IMG/VR virus record: IMGVR_UViG_3300050120_000152
Location: 186,001-250,000 of that record
Length of the DNA stretch: 64,000 bases
Strand: one strand, 5' to 3'
In this document: positions 1 to 6,699 of the stretch, one piece after another
How the letters are laid out: each line of letters begins with the position of its first letter
Numbering within the stretch: position 1 is the first letter of the stretch
Notes under the pieces: model-generated
What the model was told of the DNA's origin: nothing
Seen by the model: the letters and a program-made list of their open reading frames with translations, nothing else
Databases searched by the model: none
Program-made: the position numbers and the translations under genes

Positions 1-37
1 TAATGGATTGTCAACTACTATATTTTAAGAATACTCC

Positions 38-66
38 TTGCAAAGATTGCCCAAAAGGAATATAAT
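38..66 (+). promoter_or_regulatory. sigma70-type early promoter
   Basis: TTGCAA(38-43)-17 bp-TATAAT(61-66). Confidence 0.75.
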
Positions 67-90
67 GCATTACCAAAGAGGAAAATCGTC

Positions 91-249
91 ATGATTACCA
101 TTCGTCGGTTGCATATTTTTGCATTCATTCTGGGATTTGTGCAGATGTGGCATTTTGGTGATGCAGTGGGTTGTCCTACTGCTGATGATAAAATCTGGAA
201 TGATGCATACGAAAATGGTGCTGACATAGCACAACGCTTGCACCATTGA
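91..249 (+). CDS. small hypothetical protein with hydrophobic N-terminus (52 aa)
   Basis: Hand-translated MITIRRLHIFAFILGFVQMW...QRLHH*; AGAGG at 77-81; promoter upstream; below the ORF-track length cutoff. Confidence 0.55.
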   Translation: MITIRRLHIFAFILGFVQMWHFGDAVGCPTADDKIWNDAYENGADIAQRLHH

Positions 250-266
250 TTCAATTCTGTTATAAT
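238..266 (+). promoter_or_regulatory. sigma70-type early promoter
   Basis: TTGCAC-17-TATAAT. Confidence 0.75.
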
Positions 267-290
267 ACACGCATCAAAAGGAGATTCATC

Positions 291-452
291 ATGCCGAATT
301 TTGTAATCCAACATGAATTTGACTTTGAACCGACATATATTGTCAATAAAGATGATGAAGATCAATACATCAAACTCGATGTGAATATTCCGTGGAAAAA
401 TCGGTTGACTGCTGCGGAAAAGATTGCCAAAATTCTTAATGAATTGGAGTAA
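291..452 (+). CDS. small hypothetical protein (53 aa)
   Basis: Track ORF 246..452; ATG at 291 follows an AGGAG RBS. Confidence 0.65.
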   Translation: MPNFVIQHEFDFEPTYIVNKDDEDQYIKLDVNIPWKNRLTAAEKIAKILNELE

Positions 453-457
453 TAATC

Positions 458-628
458 ATGGTCATTCAACTTGCCGAGTATTGTGACAAACGTGCTGAAC
501 TGACGTTTGAAATCCTTGCAAACTCTGCTAACGGCATGTTGGAACCGCAGCGTAGCAGACTGGTGCGTATTCTCAAGCATTGTCAAAAGGTCAAACGGTT
601 TCAGCGTAAACTGACAAAAGTTGCTTGA
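458..628 (+). CDS. small basic hypothetical protein (56 aa)
   Basis: Hand-translated MVIQLAEYCDKRAELTFE...RKLTKVA*; stop lies inside the next TTGACA. Confidence 0.55.
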   Translation: MVIQLAEYCDKRAELTFEILANSANGMLEPQRSRLVRILKHCQKVKRFQRKLTKVA

Positions 629-654
629 CAATCTGAAATATTGTAGGATATAAA
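621..654 (+). promoter_or_regulatory. sigma70-type early promoter
   Basis: TTGCTT-17-TAGGAT or TTGACA(625-630)-18-TATAAA. Confidence 0.6.
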
Positions 655-673
655 TCAACCAAGGAACATTAGC

Positions 674-835
674 ATGGACAACATTCTTCCCGAAATCAAG
701 TATCGTGGATTGTCCTATACGCTGGACAAAGTTGAAAATGGTGTAGTATACTGGACTTGTCTCTATTCACGCCATACGGATCAATGTTCGGTGGATACGT
801 GGAAGTCTGGCTCCCCCTATGAGGAACGCACCTGA
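674..835 (+). CDS. small hypothetical protein (53 aa)
   Basis: MDNILPEIKYRGLSYTLDKVENGVVYW...; AAGGA RBS; TGA overlaps the ATG at 835. Confidence 0.6.
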   Translation: MDNILPEIKYRGLSYTLDKVENGVVYWTCLYSRHTDQCSVDTWKSGSPYEERT

Positions 836-1110
836 TGAAGCCAAAGACCCTGATTTTCATGCTGCTGATGCTATGCATGGGCATAGCTCATGCGGCACAA
901 TCACACGCATCCTTTTCCATATCGGTTATGGTTGTGGACGCATGTGATACGCATGTATCGAATAGTGGCAAGATTGTTGCGCAGTGTTCGGGAAAGAATA
1001 CCGCAGCGCAGCAGGTTATCACGGTCACACCACCAACACCTGAACAGCTGGCGATGTATGGTGTAAGCTATACATCACAGAATGTGAAAGTCGTTACAAT
1101 AACCTACTAA
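835..1110 (+). CDS. secreted mini fimbrial-subunit-like protein
   Basis: Signal peptide MKPKTLIFMLLMLCMGIAHA, ASFSISVMVV strand, Cys pair, C-terminal VVTITY. Confidence 0.6.
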   Translation: MKPKTLIFMLLMLCMGIAHAAQSHASFSISVMVVDACDTHVSNSGKIVAQCSGKNTAAQQVITVTPPTPEQLAMYGVSYTSQNVKVVTITY

Positions 1111-1115
1111 AAAGC

Positions 1116-1144
1116 TTGCTACTAGCATGTGACAATGTTATAAT
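1116..1144 (+). promoter_or_regulatory. sigma70-type early promoter (extended -10)
   Basis: TTGCTA-17-TGtTATAAT. Confidence 0.75.
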
Positions 1145-1172
1145 AATCCCATCATTCAAGGGAAACCCCATC

Positions 1173-1430
1173 ATGTCGAAAGCATACCGTTTTGAAGTGA
1201 TCCCCCATATGGTTTGGAAACATGCCCTTACTGGTGCACAGGCTTCTATCTATGGTGCGTCTCCGCAGGGTGATGATTGGTCTATTGTGGAAGATGGTTT
1301 TACCTTCCGTGACAATCGTTACAATACGGTGGGCAGCTATGGTGTTCGTGATCGGCGCACTGTCGAGGAAATCGAAGGATACCTTACCACGCAATATGGT
1401 TTCGATTGGCGCTTGCAGCATGCACAGTGA
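1173..1430 (+). CDS. hypothetical protein
   Basis: Track ORF 1116..1430; ATG 1173 follows the AAGGGAAA leader. Confidence 0.65.
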   Translation: MSKAYRFEVIPHMVWKHALTGAQASIYGASPQGDDWSIVEDGFTFRDNRYNTVGSYGVRDRRTVEEIEGYLTTQYGFDWRLQHAQ

Positions 1431-1441
1431 TAGGGTATAAT
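1413..1441 (+). promoter_or_regulatory. sigma70-type early promoter
   Basis: TTGCAG-17-TATAAT. Confidence 0.7.
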
Positions 1442-1447
1442 AATACC

Positions 1448-1663
1448 ATGAAAACACTCATTGCCATTCTGCTCTATCTAGTTCTCTTTGCTGTCATGGC
1501 TCAGAGTGGTATGATTACCTTCACTGGTAGAATTTTGGCAAGCAATGGCCCTAGCATCACGACACAATCTGTCGTAACATCCTCAAATATTCCGCTGGTG
1601 AGTTATGCACTGAGTCGTGTACAAGGTAGCTCAGTCCTCATCAAAACCATTACATATCAGTAA
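1448..1663 (+). CDS. secreted mini fimbrial-subunit-like protein
   Basis: Signal peptide MKTLIAILLYLVLFAVMA, SGMITFTGRI (fimbrial-type GxITFTGxI), C-terminal KTITYQ. Confidence 0.6.
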   Translation: MKTLIAILLYLVLFAVMAQSGMITFTGRILASNGPSITTQSVVTSSNIPLVSYALSRVQGSSVLIKTITYQ

Positions 1664-1677
1664 AGCTAAAGTCTTGT

Positions 1678-1780
1678 GCGAGCCTACCTCTTAAAGGATA
1701 GGACAAAGGTGAATTAACACCTGACGGCTACTCAATGCCGTGCTATCTCCAAAGGGTAGCAGCCTGAATTAACAGGTCGC
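1678..1780 (+). ncRNA. candidate multibranch structured RNA (unassigned)
   Basis: Five contiguous hairpins closed by GCGA(1678-81)/TCGC(1777-80); G-U pairs favour the + strand; no ORF. Confidence 0.45.
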
Positions 1781-1787
1781 CATCCAT

Positions 1788-1814
1788 TGCTTCCCATCCA
1801 CATCCCTATTTTAC
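1788..1814. repeat. 27-bp direct repeat, copy 1 (copy 2 at 6666-6692)
   Basis: tgcttcccatccacatccctattttac is identical at both sites. Confidence 0.95.
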
Positions 1815-1837
1815 ATTACATATAATACAATTGTCAA
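1808..1837 (-). promoter_or_regulatory. leftward sigma70-type promoter
   Basis: Minus strand TTGACA-18-TAAAAT. Confidence 0.55.
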
Positions 1838-1860
1838 TAGATATTATAATAAAATAGTTC

Positions 1861-1889
1861 TTGCATTACGGTACATACTTGTTTATAAT
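1861..1889 (+). promoter_or_regulatory. sigma70-type early promoter
   Basis: TTGCAT-17-TATAAT. Confidence 0.75.
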
Positions 1890-1917
1890 GGCTCATCATT
1901 TAATCATGGACACCAGC

Positions 1918-2256
1918 ATGACTCGCAATGAATTACATAAGCTGCTCATCAAATTGCGCACTATGGTTAAGGCTGGTAACTATCCTTCTAACTATAGGAC
2001 TGGTATCTGTGGCAATTTGGACACGTTATGCGAGTTTTACGTATCGCCGTTAGTACGTAAGTATCAGGAATCATGGACATGGTATAGCGGTGATTGGATT
2101 TTTCCTGTTCCTGCTCCTTCAATGTATGATGATACATACATTGATCCTAAAGCTGGTGCTGTAGCTGTGTATATGAATACCCGCAACAAATGGACAGGTG
2201 AATATGGTAAGCTACGCTTGTCGCTGCTGAACCATCTGATTCGGATGACACGATAA
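1918..2256 (+). CDS. hypothetical protein, paralogue of 5431..5718
   Basis: Shared GIC.N, W...SG...PVP and KW.GE.G..RL.LLN.LIR.TR motifs; start chosen by alignment with the paralogue. Confidence 0.7.
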   Translation: MTRNELHKLLIKLRTMVKAGNYPSNYRTGICGNLDTLCEFYVSPLVRKYQESWTWYSGDWIFPVPAPSMYDDTYIDPKAGAVAVYMNTRNKWTGEYGKLRLSLLNHLIRMTR

Positions 2257-2528
2257 TGCATAATATGTTCATGTTCCTTGCTGACATGCTGAACCATTCC
2301 CCTTGGCATGGAATCATCATGATGGTGCTATGGGTCATTCTGTGGTTGTTCTTACTTACCTGTCTGTTTACATGGTTGTCACCGTGGAAGCCAGACCCTG
2401 ATGGTAATCCATATCGCAGGTATTGTAAAGAATGCGGAACAGGTCAGAGTTTATGGGGCCGAACATACAATGATTATACGGAATGGTGTACATTCTTGCC
2501 AGTGCATCCATGCTCAAAAAAGCATTGA
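2256..2528 (+). CDS. membrane protein with C-terminal CxxC
   Basis: Hydrophobic helix followed by CKEC; coupled to the upstream stop. Confidence 0.65.
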   Translation: MHNMFMFLADMLNHSPWHGIIMMVLWVILWLFLLTCLFTWLSPWKPDPDGNPYRRYCKECGTGQSLWGRTYNDYTEWCTFLPVHPCSKKH

Positions 2529-2553
2529 CAATGTTCTAGCATTGTAGGAGAAT
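2525..2553 (+). promoter_or_regulatory. sigma70-type early promoter
   Basis: TTGACA-17-GAGAAT; the -35 contains the upstream TGA stop. Confidence 0.55.
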
Positions 2554-2560
2554 GTTCCTC

Positions 2561-2656
2561 ATGGAAACCTATTTCACTACTGAAGAACTTGCCCAAGCTG
2601 ATGCCATCCGTGCCGAGCTTGAAACCGCTGAATATCTGGACTATTCCCATGCATGA
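2561..2656 (+). CDS. small acidic protein (31 aa)
   Basis: METYFTTEELAQADAIRAELETAEYLDYSHA*; AGGAG upstream; overlaps the next ATG. Confidence 0.5.
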   Translation: METYFTTEELAQADAIRAELETAEYLDYSHA

Positions 2657-2969
2657 TACCCAAAAGAACTGTCGTGATCTGGCTGATCATCTGGAACATA
2701 ACGTAACGGATGCCGAGTATAATCAGAGCAGTTTTCATTGCGAATCTCGTAATACATCTTGTGCGGCTGGTCATGCTGCATGGGTTGGTATCGGTGGTTT
2801 GGTTATGGATGTATATGATGTTCCTTATCATACCGATTTCGTCAATAGTCTCAGTCGTTATGGAAAATCCATTATCACAGTTTTTGGCGAAGATAAACGA
2901 TATATTTTTCATAGTGATAGGGGTGATTTAACTCGATTGGATGCCATTGATTTGCTACGCAAGGCATAA
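2649..2969 (+). CDS. hypothetical protein
   Basis: Track ORF 2589..2969; likely start MHDTQK; FHCESRNTSCAAGHAA motif. Confidence 0.65.
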   Translation: MHDTQKNCRDLADHLEHNVTDAEYNQSSFHCESRNTSCAAGHAAWVGIGGLVMDVYDVPYHTDFVNSLSRYGKSIITVFGEDKRYIFHSDRGDLTRLDAIDLLRKA

Positions 2970-2971
2970 CC

Positions 2972-3070
2972 ATGATTCTCGACGTGAAAGACCTTACTCT
3001 GGATGTGAGCGTGGAGGAAGCTTTAACGCTCATACAGACGCTTACAATCATGCTGGCAGACCCGTCATAA
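2972..3070 (+). CDS. possible 32-aa ORF overlapping hairpins
   Basis: MILDVKDLTLDVSVEEALTLIQTLTIMLADPS*. Confidence 0.35.
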   Translation: MILDVKDLTLDVSVEEALTLIQTLTIMLADPS

Positions 3071-3210
3071 GGGTTATCAGCAAGTCGTTACTCAAACGCT
3101 TCCATTGATCGTACAGGACGGTTCCAAGCCTAATGGGGAACCTCGTTACATGACTGACTCATTTTGCCTGATGATGGAAAACAAAGGTTGACAAGCCTGT
3201 CCATTGGGGA

Positions 3211-3239
3211 TTGACACGGCAGTTTCTTTGTATTAGAAT
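3211..3239 (+). promoter_or_regulatory. sigma70-type early promoter
   Basis: TTGACA-17-TAGAAT. Confidence 0.75.
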
Positions 3240-3266
3240 GCTTGCCTACTATATAAGGATTTTATC

Positions 3267-3671
3267 ATGTTTGAACTCAATGCTGAACATCAAGCTATTG
3301 TCAAAGGCATGCGCGAATGCATGTTGCATGACTTTAAACGTGATGAAGTTTTTTGGAAAATGGTGGAACTCTGCCCATCGGTGTTCATCTTGGCATTGAA
3401 TGGTGGTATCATTCGTGTTGCATGGCCTGTTCATATTGCACCAACCATCGCAGATTTAGCCTCCGTGCCATGTCTGACCGATGGTGAATATAACATGCTG
3501 CGAAACCATTGCCACGCTAAAGATAAAGTCGCAGCCATCAAAGCATTGCGTGCTATGCGTGGCATGGCTTTGAAGGATGCAAAAGATATTGTGGAAGCAT
3601 GGTTCTATGAACCCGATTCAGACTATGGGAATTCATATTGGCGATTGAAACGGGTTCAGCCTGATGAATAG
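3267..3671 (+). CDS. protein with ribosomal L7/L12 C-terminal-like motif
   Basis: KVAAIKALRAMRGMALKDAKDIVE resembles the bL12 CTD (KI.vIK.vR.itglgLkeAKdlVe). Confidence 0.65.
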   Translation: MFELNAEHQAIVKGMRECMLHDFKRDEVFWKMVELCPSVFILALNGGIIRVAWPVHIAPTIADLASVPCLTDGEYNMLRNHCHAKDKVAAIKALRAMRGMALKDAKDIVEAWFYEPDSDYGNSYWRLKRVQPDE

Positions 3672-3849
3672 CATAGGCATGACCAATCTTTTCCTTTATG
3701 TTGGTGTAGGCTTTGCCATCTTTGATGCATTGTTTTTAATCGGTTATCTCTATGGTAATGACAGACGATACGGAACAGGTGCTGTCTGGAGTGGTGGCCT
3801 TGCATTGTTATGCTGGCTCATTGCTGGACTCATTGCATTCTTTACTTGA
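3664..3849 (+). CDS. small two-TM membrane protein
   Basis: Two hydrophobic segments; stop lies in the next TTGACA. Confidence 0.65.
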   Translation: MNSIGMTNLFLYVGVGFAIFDALFLIGYLYGNDRRYGTGAVWSGGLALLCWLIAGLIAFFT

Positions 3850-3875
3850 CAATCGCTGCGGACTTCTATTATAAT
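3846..3875 (+). promoter_or_regulatory. sigma70-type early promoter
   Basis: TTGACA-18-TATAAT. Confidence 0.7.
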
Positions 3876-3903
3876 AGCCTGAATTCCATACTGGATAGTG
3901 ATC

Positions 3904-4002
3904 ATGGCAAAACTTTCGGATAACCCCACGGGTGTTCATATCCTCATGGCTGTCATCGTGGTGTTACTCATCATCCCATTCTGCTGGATGACTGGTGTAT
4001 GA
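3904..4002 (+). CDS. small single-TM protein (32 aa)
   Basis: MAKLSDNPTGVHILMAVIVVLLIIPFCWMTGV*. Confidence 0.5.
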   Translation: MAKLSDNPTGVHILMAVIVVLLIIPFCWMTGV

Positions 4003-4103
4003 GACTGCGCATTTTTCCACATGAAGCTCCTAACAGCAAATGGTCTGAATATACGATCCCTTTGAATAATTTCAAAGAATATATTGACAACGTAATAAAA
4101 TAG
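3999..4103 (+). CDS. small hypothetical protein (34 aa)
   Basis: ATGA overlap with the previous gene; MRLRIFPHEAPNSKWSEYTIP... Confidence 0.45.
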   Translation: MRLRIFPHEAPNSKWSEYTIPLNNFKEYIDNVIK

Positions 4104-4111
4104 GGTATAAT
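4084..4111 (+). promoter_or_regulatory. sigma70-type early promoter
   Basis: TTGACA-16-TATAAT. Confidence 0.7.
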
Positions 4112-4138
4112 AAACCCATCATCAATAGGTGAACTGTC

Positions 4139-4312
4139 ATGAAAGTCAGAGAACTGATTGCCCTACTTCAAACATTCGATCCTGAGCTGGACGTTAACAA
4201 AACGGACAGTGCTGGTTGCAATGAATGTAATGAATTTGGTGACGATCATTTCAACGATATTTATGATGTACGCCTTTATGAGGTCTATCTAGACAAGCTA
4301 GTTGTATTGTAA
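4139..4312 (+). CDS. small phage protein (57 aa)
   Basis: MKVRELIALLQTFDPELDV..., a common small phage protein N-terminus. Confidence 0.65.
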   Translation: MKVRELIALLQTFDPELDVNKTDSAGCNECNEFGDDHFNDIYDVRLYEVYLDKLVVL

Positions 4313-4318
4313 TAGAAT
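4290..4318 (+). promoter_or_regulatory. sigma70-type early promoter
   Basis: TAGACA-17-TAGAAT. Confidence 0.65.
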
Positions 4319-4348
4319 ACTATTATTCCAACCAACTGAGACCATGTG

Positions 4349-4822
4349 ATGACTTCACCAGTTCGCGGGACGCATTATTCTCTCGCTCAATCTCCCGCTG
4401 AGATGTGGCAGAAAGCTGCTGCTATCGCTGCAAAGCTGATCGCTGATGCCAAAGCCCACAAGGCCATTCCGGTGCTGGCTTATACTGGCATGTCTGGGAC
4501 TGCAACGGCAACCGCAGTTTCGTTGTGGCTGGCAACGAAAAAGCCGAGATTCAAATTTTATATGATCTATGTTCGCAAGCCACGCGAAAAATCACATGGA
4601 AGAAAAATCGAACACAATTTCGAGTATGATTTTCTCATTGACGAAAGCATTACCAAAAAGAAATTTTTCATTGCTTTCGTGGATGATCTGATCTGTTCGG
4701 GTGCCACTAGCAAACGTGTACTAGCAAAAATTGCCGCAGAGTGCAAGACCACCAACTACATGCTGTTCACAAAATTGGCTGGTGCCGTGAACAATGAGGG
4801 ATACTGTACCAGCGATTACTAA
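4349..4822 (+). CDS. type I phosphoribosyltransferase-like protein
   Basis: PRPP-loop motif IAFVDDLICSGAT; YTGMSG loop. Confidence 0.7.
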   Translation: MTSPVRGTHYSLAQSPAEMWQKAAAIAAKLIADAKAHKAIPVLAYTGMSGTATATAVSLWLATKKPRFKFYMIYVRKPREKSHGRKIEHNFEYDFLIDESITKKKFFIAFVDDLICSGATSKRVLAKIAAECKTTNYMLFTKLAGAVNNEGYCTSDY

Positions 4823-4831
4823 AAAGAATGC

Positions 4832-4859
4832 TTGACATGGGCTAGAATTCTTTTATAAT
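4832..4859 (+). promoter_or_regulatory. sigma70-type early promoter
   Basis: TTGACA-16-TATAAT. Confidence 0.7.
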
Positions 4860-4890
4860 AGTCCCATACCAACCAACCCGGTCAAGCATC

Positions 4891-5091
4891 ATGATTTTTT
4901 CTACTGATACCAAAGCCTACGTCAATGAATTGTTTGCCGAAACTGCGGCTCATGAAGCGGCATATGCGGAAGCTGGTAATGTGATCATGGTGCCATCGCT
5001 TGAGGTCGAGTTCCCCATCGGTGAATTTCCTTACGATGATGCCGCATTCGAACGCCGTTATCCGCCATCCTATGATGTGGAGTCATTCTGA
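4891..5091 (+). CDS. small acidic hypothetical protein
   Basis: Track ORF directly after a promoter; coupled to 5091. Confidence 0.65.
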   Translation: MIFSTDTKAYVNELFAETAAHEAAYAEAGNVIMVPSLEVEFPIGEFPYDDAAFERRYPPSYDVESF

Positions 5092-5384
5092 TGGCTGTCC
5101 AGTATGAATGGGATGTGGAAACTGTCTCATGGGATGAAATCGACGGTGATCAAGTCATTGATCATTATCACTGTGTGACCTTCAAGGAAGCTCTACAACA
5201 GGCGGCGACAACTCCTGAAGATGGTTGTCGCCATGTTGTCGTGCTGGTGCGTGACGACGTTGCTGGAAGGCTCTGGGCCTATGTGGATGATATTGGTAGA
5301 ATATCGCCCATTTTCAGGGATAGTCAAGATAATGTGGCGATGTTGGTTCCTCAAAAATATCTCAGGGAAGTGTTGACAGCCTGA
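5091..5384 (+). CDS. hypothetical protein
   Basis: Track ORF; TGATG coupling. Confidence 0.7.
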   Translation: MAVQYEWDVETVSWDEIDGDQVIDHYHCVTFKEALQQAATTPEDGCRHVVVLVRDDVAGRLWAYVDDIGRISPIFRDSQDNVAMLVPQKYLREVLTA

Positions 5385-5400
5385 TTCATTCTGTTATAAT
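5373..5400 (+). promoter_or_regulatory. sigma70-type early promoter
   Basis: TTGACA-16-TATAAT. Confidence 0.7.
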
Positions 5401-5430
5401 ACATTCAACCAATCACTGAGAGTATCCACC

Positions 5431-5718
5431 ATGAACCGCAAGACTTATCACATGCGTCTGCTCGCCCTGCATGACTGTGTGAAGGCTGAAGACATTCTTT
5501 ATCCTAATAGAGGCATCTGCTTTAACGTGTCAAGTCTGGGTAAGACAGATTCCGCTGCTTTCAACTTGACGGACAAGTATGCAATGGGTTGGCCGGAACA
5601 TTCAGGCATCACAAACCGCCCTGTACCGTTCGAATATGGCGCTGACCTGAAATGGGTAGGCGAAGAAGGTGCATCGCGTCTGCGACTGCTGAACTATCTC
5701 ATTCGCAAGACGCGCTGA
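5431..5718 (+). CDS. hypothetical protein, paralogue of 1918..2256
   Basis: Shared motifs, see paralogue. Confidence 0.7.
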   Translation: MNRKTYHMRLLALHDCVKAEDILYPNRGICFNVSSLGKTDSAAFNLTDKYAMGWPEHSGITNRPVPFEYGADLKWVGEEGASRLRLLNYLIRKTR

Positions 5719-5722
5719 ATGC

Positions 5723-5751
5723 TTGACAGGATGATATAGTTCTATTAGAAT
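5723..5751 (+). promoter_or_regulatory. sigma70-type early promoter
   Basis: TTGACA-17-TAGAAT. Confidence 0.75.
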
Positions 5752-5782
5752 ACTCCCACACCATCCAACAAGGCTCAAGCCC

Positions 5783-6091
5783 ATGTCCATCCTGAATGCC
5801 ACCATCGCCACCATCGCCACCATCGCCACCATCGCCACCATCGCCTATTGGTTCAGCTTCCGTGGTGAAGATCAAGAAGTGCTGTGCCTGCGCGATGTTA
5901 ACAGCGATGGCCCGTGGCATGATGCCTTTGCCTATATCCATATCGTTACTAACGGCTCCTGCCGTCACGATGATCAACTGTACAACATCATGATGGAGCT
6001 TGCTGACTTGGCTGACAGTGCATCCATCTATGCGCTTGAAATCAGCGGCGACGTGGCCTATAACGAAGCCTATCGTGGGTTGGATGCTTGA
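5783..6091 (+). CDS. N-terminally anchored hypothetical protein with (ATI)n repeat
   Basis: Track ORF; follows a promoter and C/A-rich leader like its neighbours. Confidence 0.65.
   Translation: MSILNATIATIATIATIATIAYWFSFRGEDQEVLCLRDVNSDGPWHDAFAYIHIVTNGSCRHDDQLYNIMMELADLADSASIYALEISGDVAYNEAYRGLDA
5798..5845 (+). repeat. 9-bp tandem repeat (gccaccatc)x5 + gcc
   Basis: Read directly from the sequence. Confidence 0.95.
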
Positions 6092-6116
6092 CACTCTATA
6101 ATAATCCCTGTATACT
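6088..6116 (+). promoter_or_regulatory. sigma70-type early promoter
   Basis: TTGACA-17-TATACT; the -35 contains the upstream stop. Confidence 0.7.
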
Positions 6117-6143
6117 GCACCCATCATCAAGGGGAACTCTGCT

Positions 6144-6317
6144 ATGTCATCTGCCACTGTCGCCTCTCTCACCGCTGGACTGACGCTGTTCGCTATTGAA
6201 CAGTACAATGGTCACTGTAAGGCCGTGTACTCTGATGGACGTAAGCTCATCATCTCCTATGCTGACGCTGCTCGCCTATCTATGGCGCATACCGTTACCA
6301 TCCTCAACAAACGATAG
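6144..6317 (+). CDS. small hypothetical protein (57 aa)
   Basis: MSSATVASLTAGLTLFAIEQYNGHCKAVYSDGRKLII...; AAGGGG RBS. Confidence 0.55.
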   Translation: MSSATVASLTAGLTLFAIEQYNGHCKAVYSDGRKLIISYADAARLSMAHTVTILNKR

Positions 6318-6324
6318 GCCAATT

Positions 6325-6555
6325 ATGCTCACCCTGCTAACTATCTTCTATATCTGTGCTGCATCCTGTGCTATGGGCATACTGTGTGCTACACTGTGTA
6401 TCATCCTTGCCTCTGTCTTCACTGATGACAGACTGACCACTTCCATCCCTCAAGCATTCAAGCATACTGCCAAGCATCTGGGTTATTGGTCAATAGGTAC
6501 AGGCTGTGCTGCTATCGTAGCATATAGCATACTTATGTGTCAATGGTTGACATGA
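6325..6555 (+). CDS. small two-TM membrane protein
   Basis: 3' part of track ORF 6196..6555; two hydrophobic helices. Confidence 0.6.
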   Translation: MLTLLTIFYICAASCAMGILCATLCIILASVFTDDRLTTSIPQAFKHTAKHLGYWSIGTGCAAIVAYSILMCQWLT

Positions 6556-6575
6556 CATAACCTTAGTGCTATGCT
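6547..6575 (+). promoter_or_regulatory. sigma70-type promoter with no downstream ORF
   Basis: TTGACA-17-TGcTATGCT. Confidence 0.6.
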
Positions 6576-6581
6576 TATCAT

Positions 6582-6641
6582 GCGTCACGGGTCACAGTAA
6601 CCAAGAGCCTAGCATATGTTGGCGCATGTGTCTAGGCTTTA
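6582..6641 (+). ncRNA. candidate small RNA ending in a 13-bp hairpin
   Basis: Upstream promoter, then hairpin agcctag-catatg/catgtg-ctaggct (6606-6638) followed by tt. Confidence 0.35.
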
Positions 6642-6665
6642 CTATGTCCTATGCTGTCACTGCTA

Positions 6666-6692
6666 TGCTTCCCATCCACATCCCTATTTTAC
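6666..6692. repeat. 27-bp direct repeat, copy 2
   Basis: Identical to 1788-1814; contains a minus-strand extended -10 TGgTAAAAT. Confidence 0.95.
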
Positions 6693-6699
6693 CATAGCA

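Noticed and set aside
18-658. Minus-strand ORFs 18..365, 70..270, 362..658
   Set aside because: They are antisense to promoter- and RBS-supported + strand genes and have no start signals.
3160-3187. Hammerhead ribozyme (CTGATGA...GAAA)
   Set aside because: Only 2 nt lie between CTGATGA and GAAA, so there is no stem II, and no pairing stems I/III with an NUH site were found.
5602-6208. Overlapping ORFs 5602..5841(-), 5699..6208(-), 5796..5993(+) with VAM/GGD/PPS repeats
   Set aside because: These are alternative-frame readings of the 9-bp repeat; only 5783..6091 has promoter and leader context.
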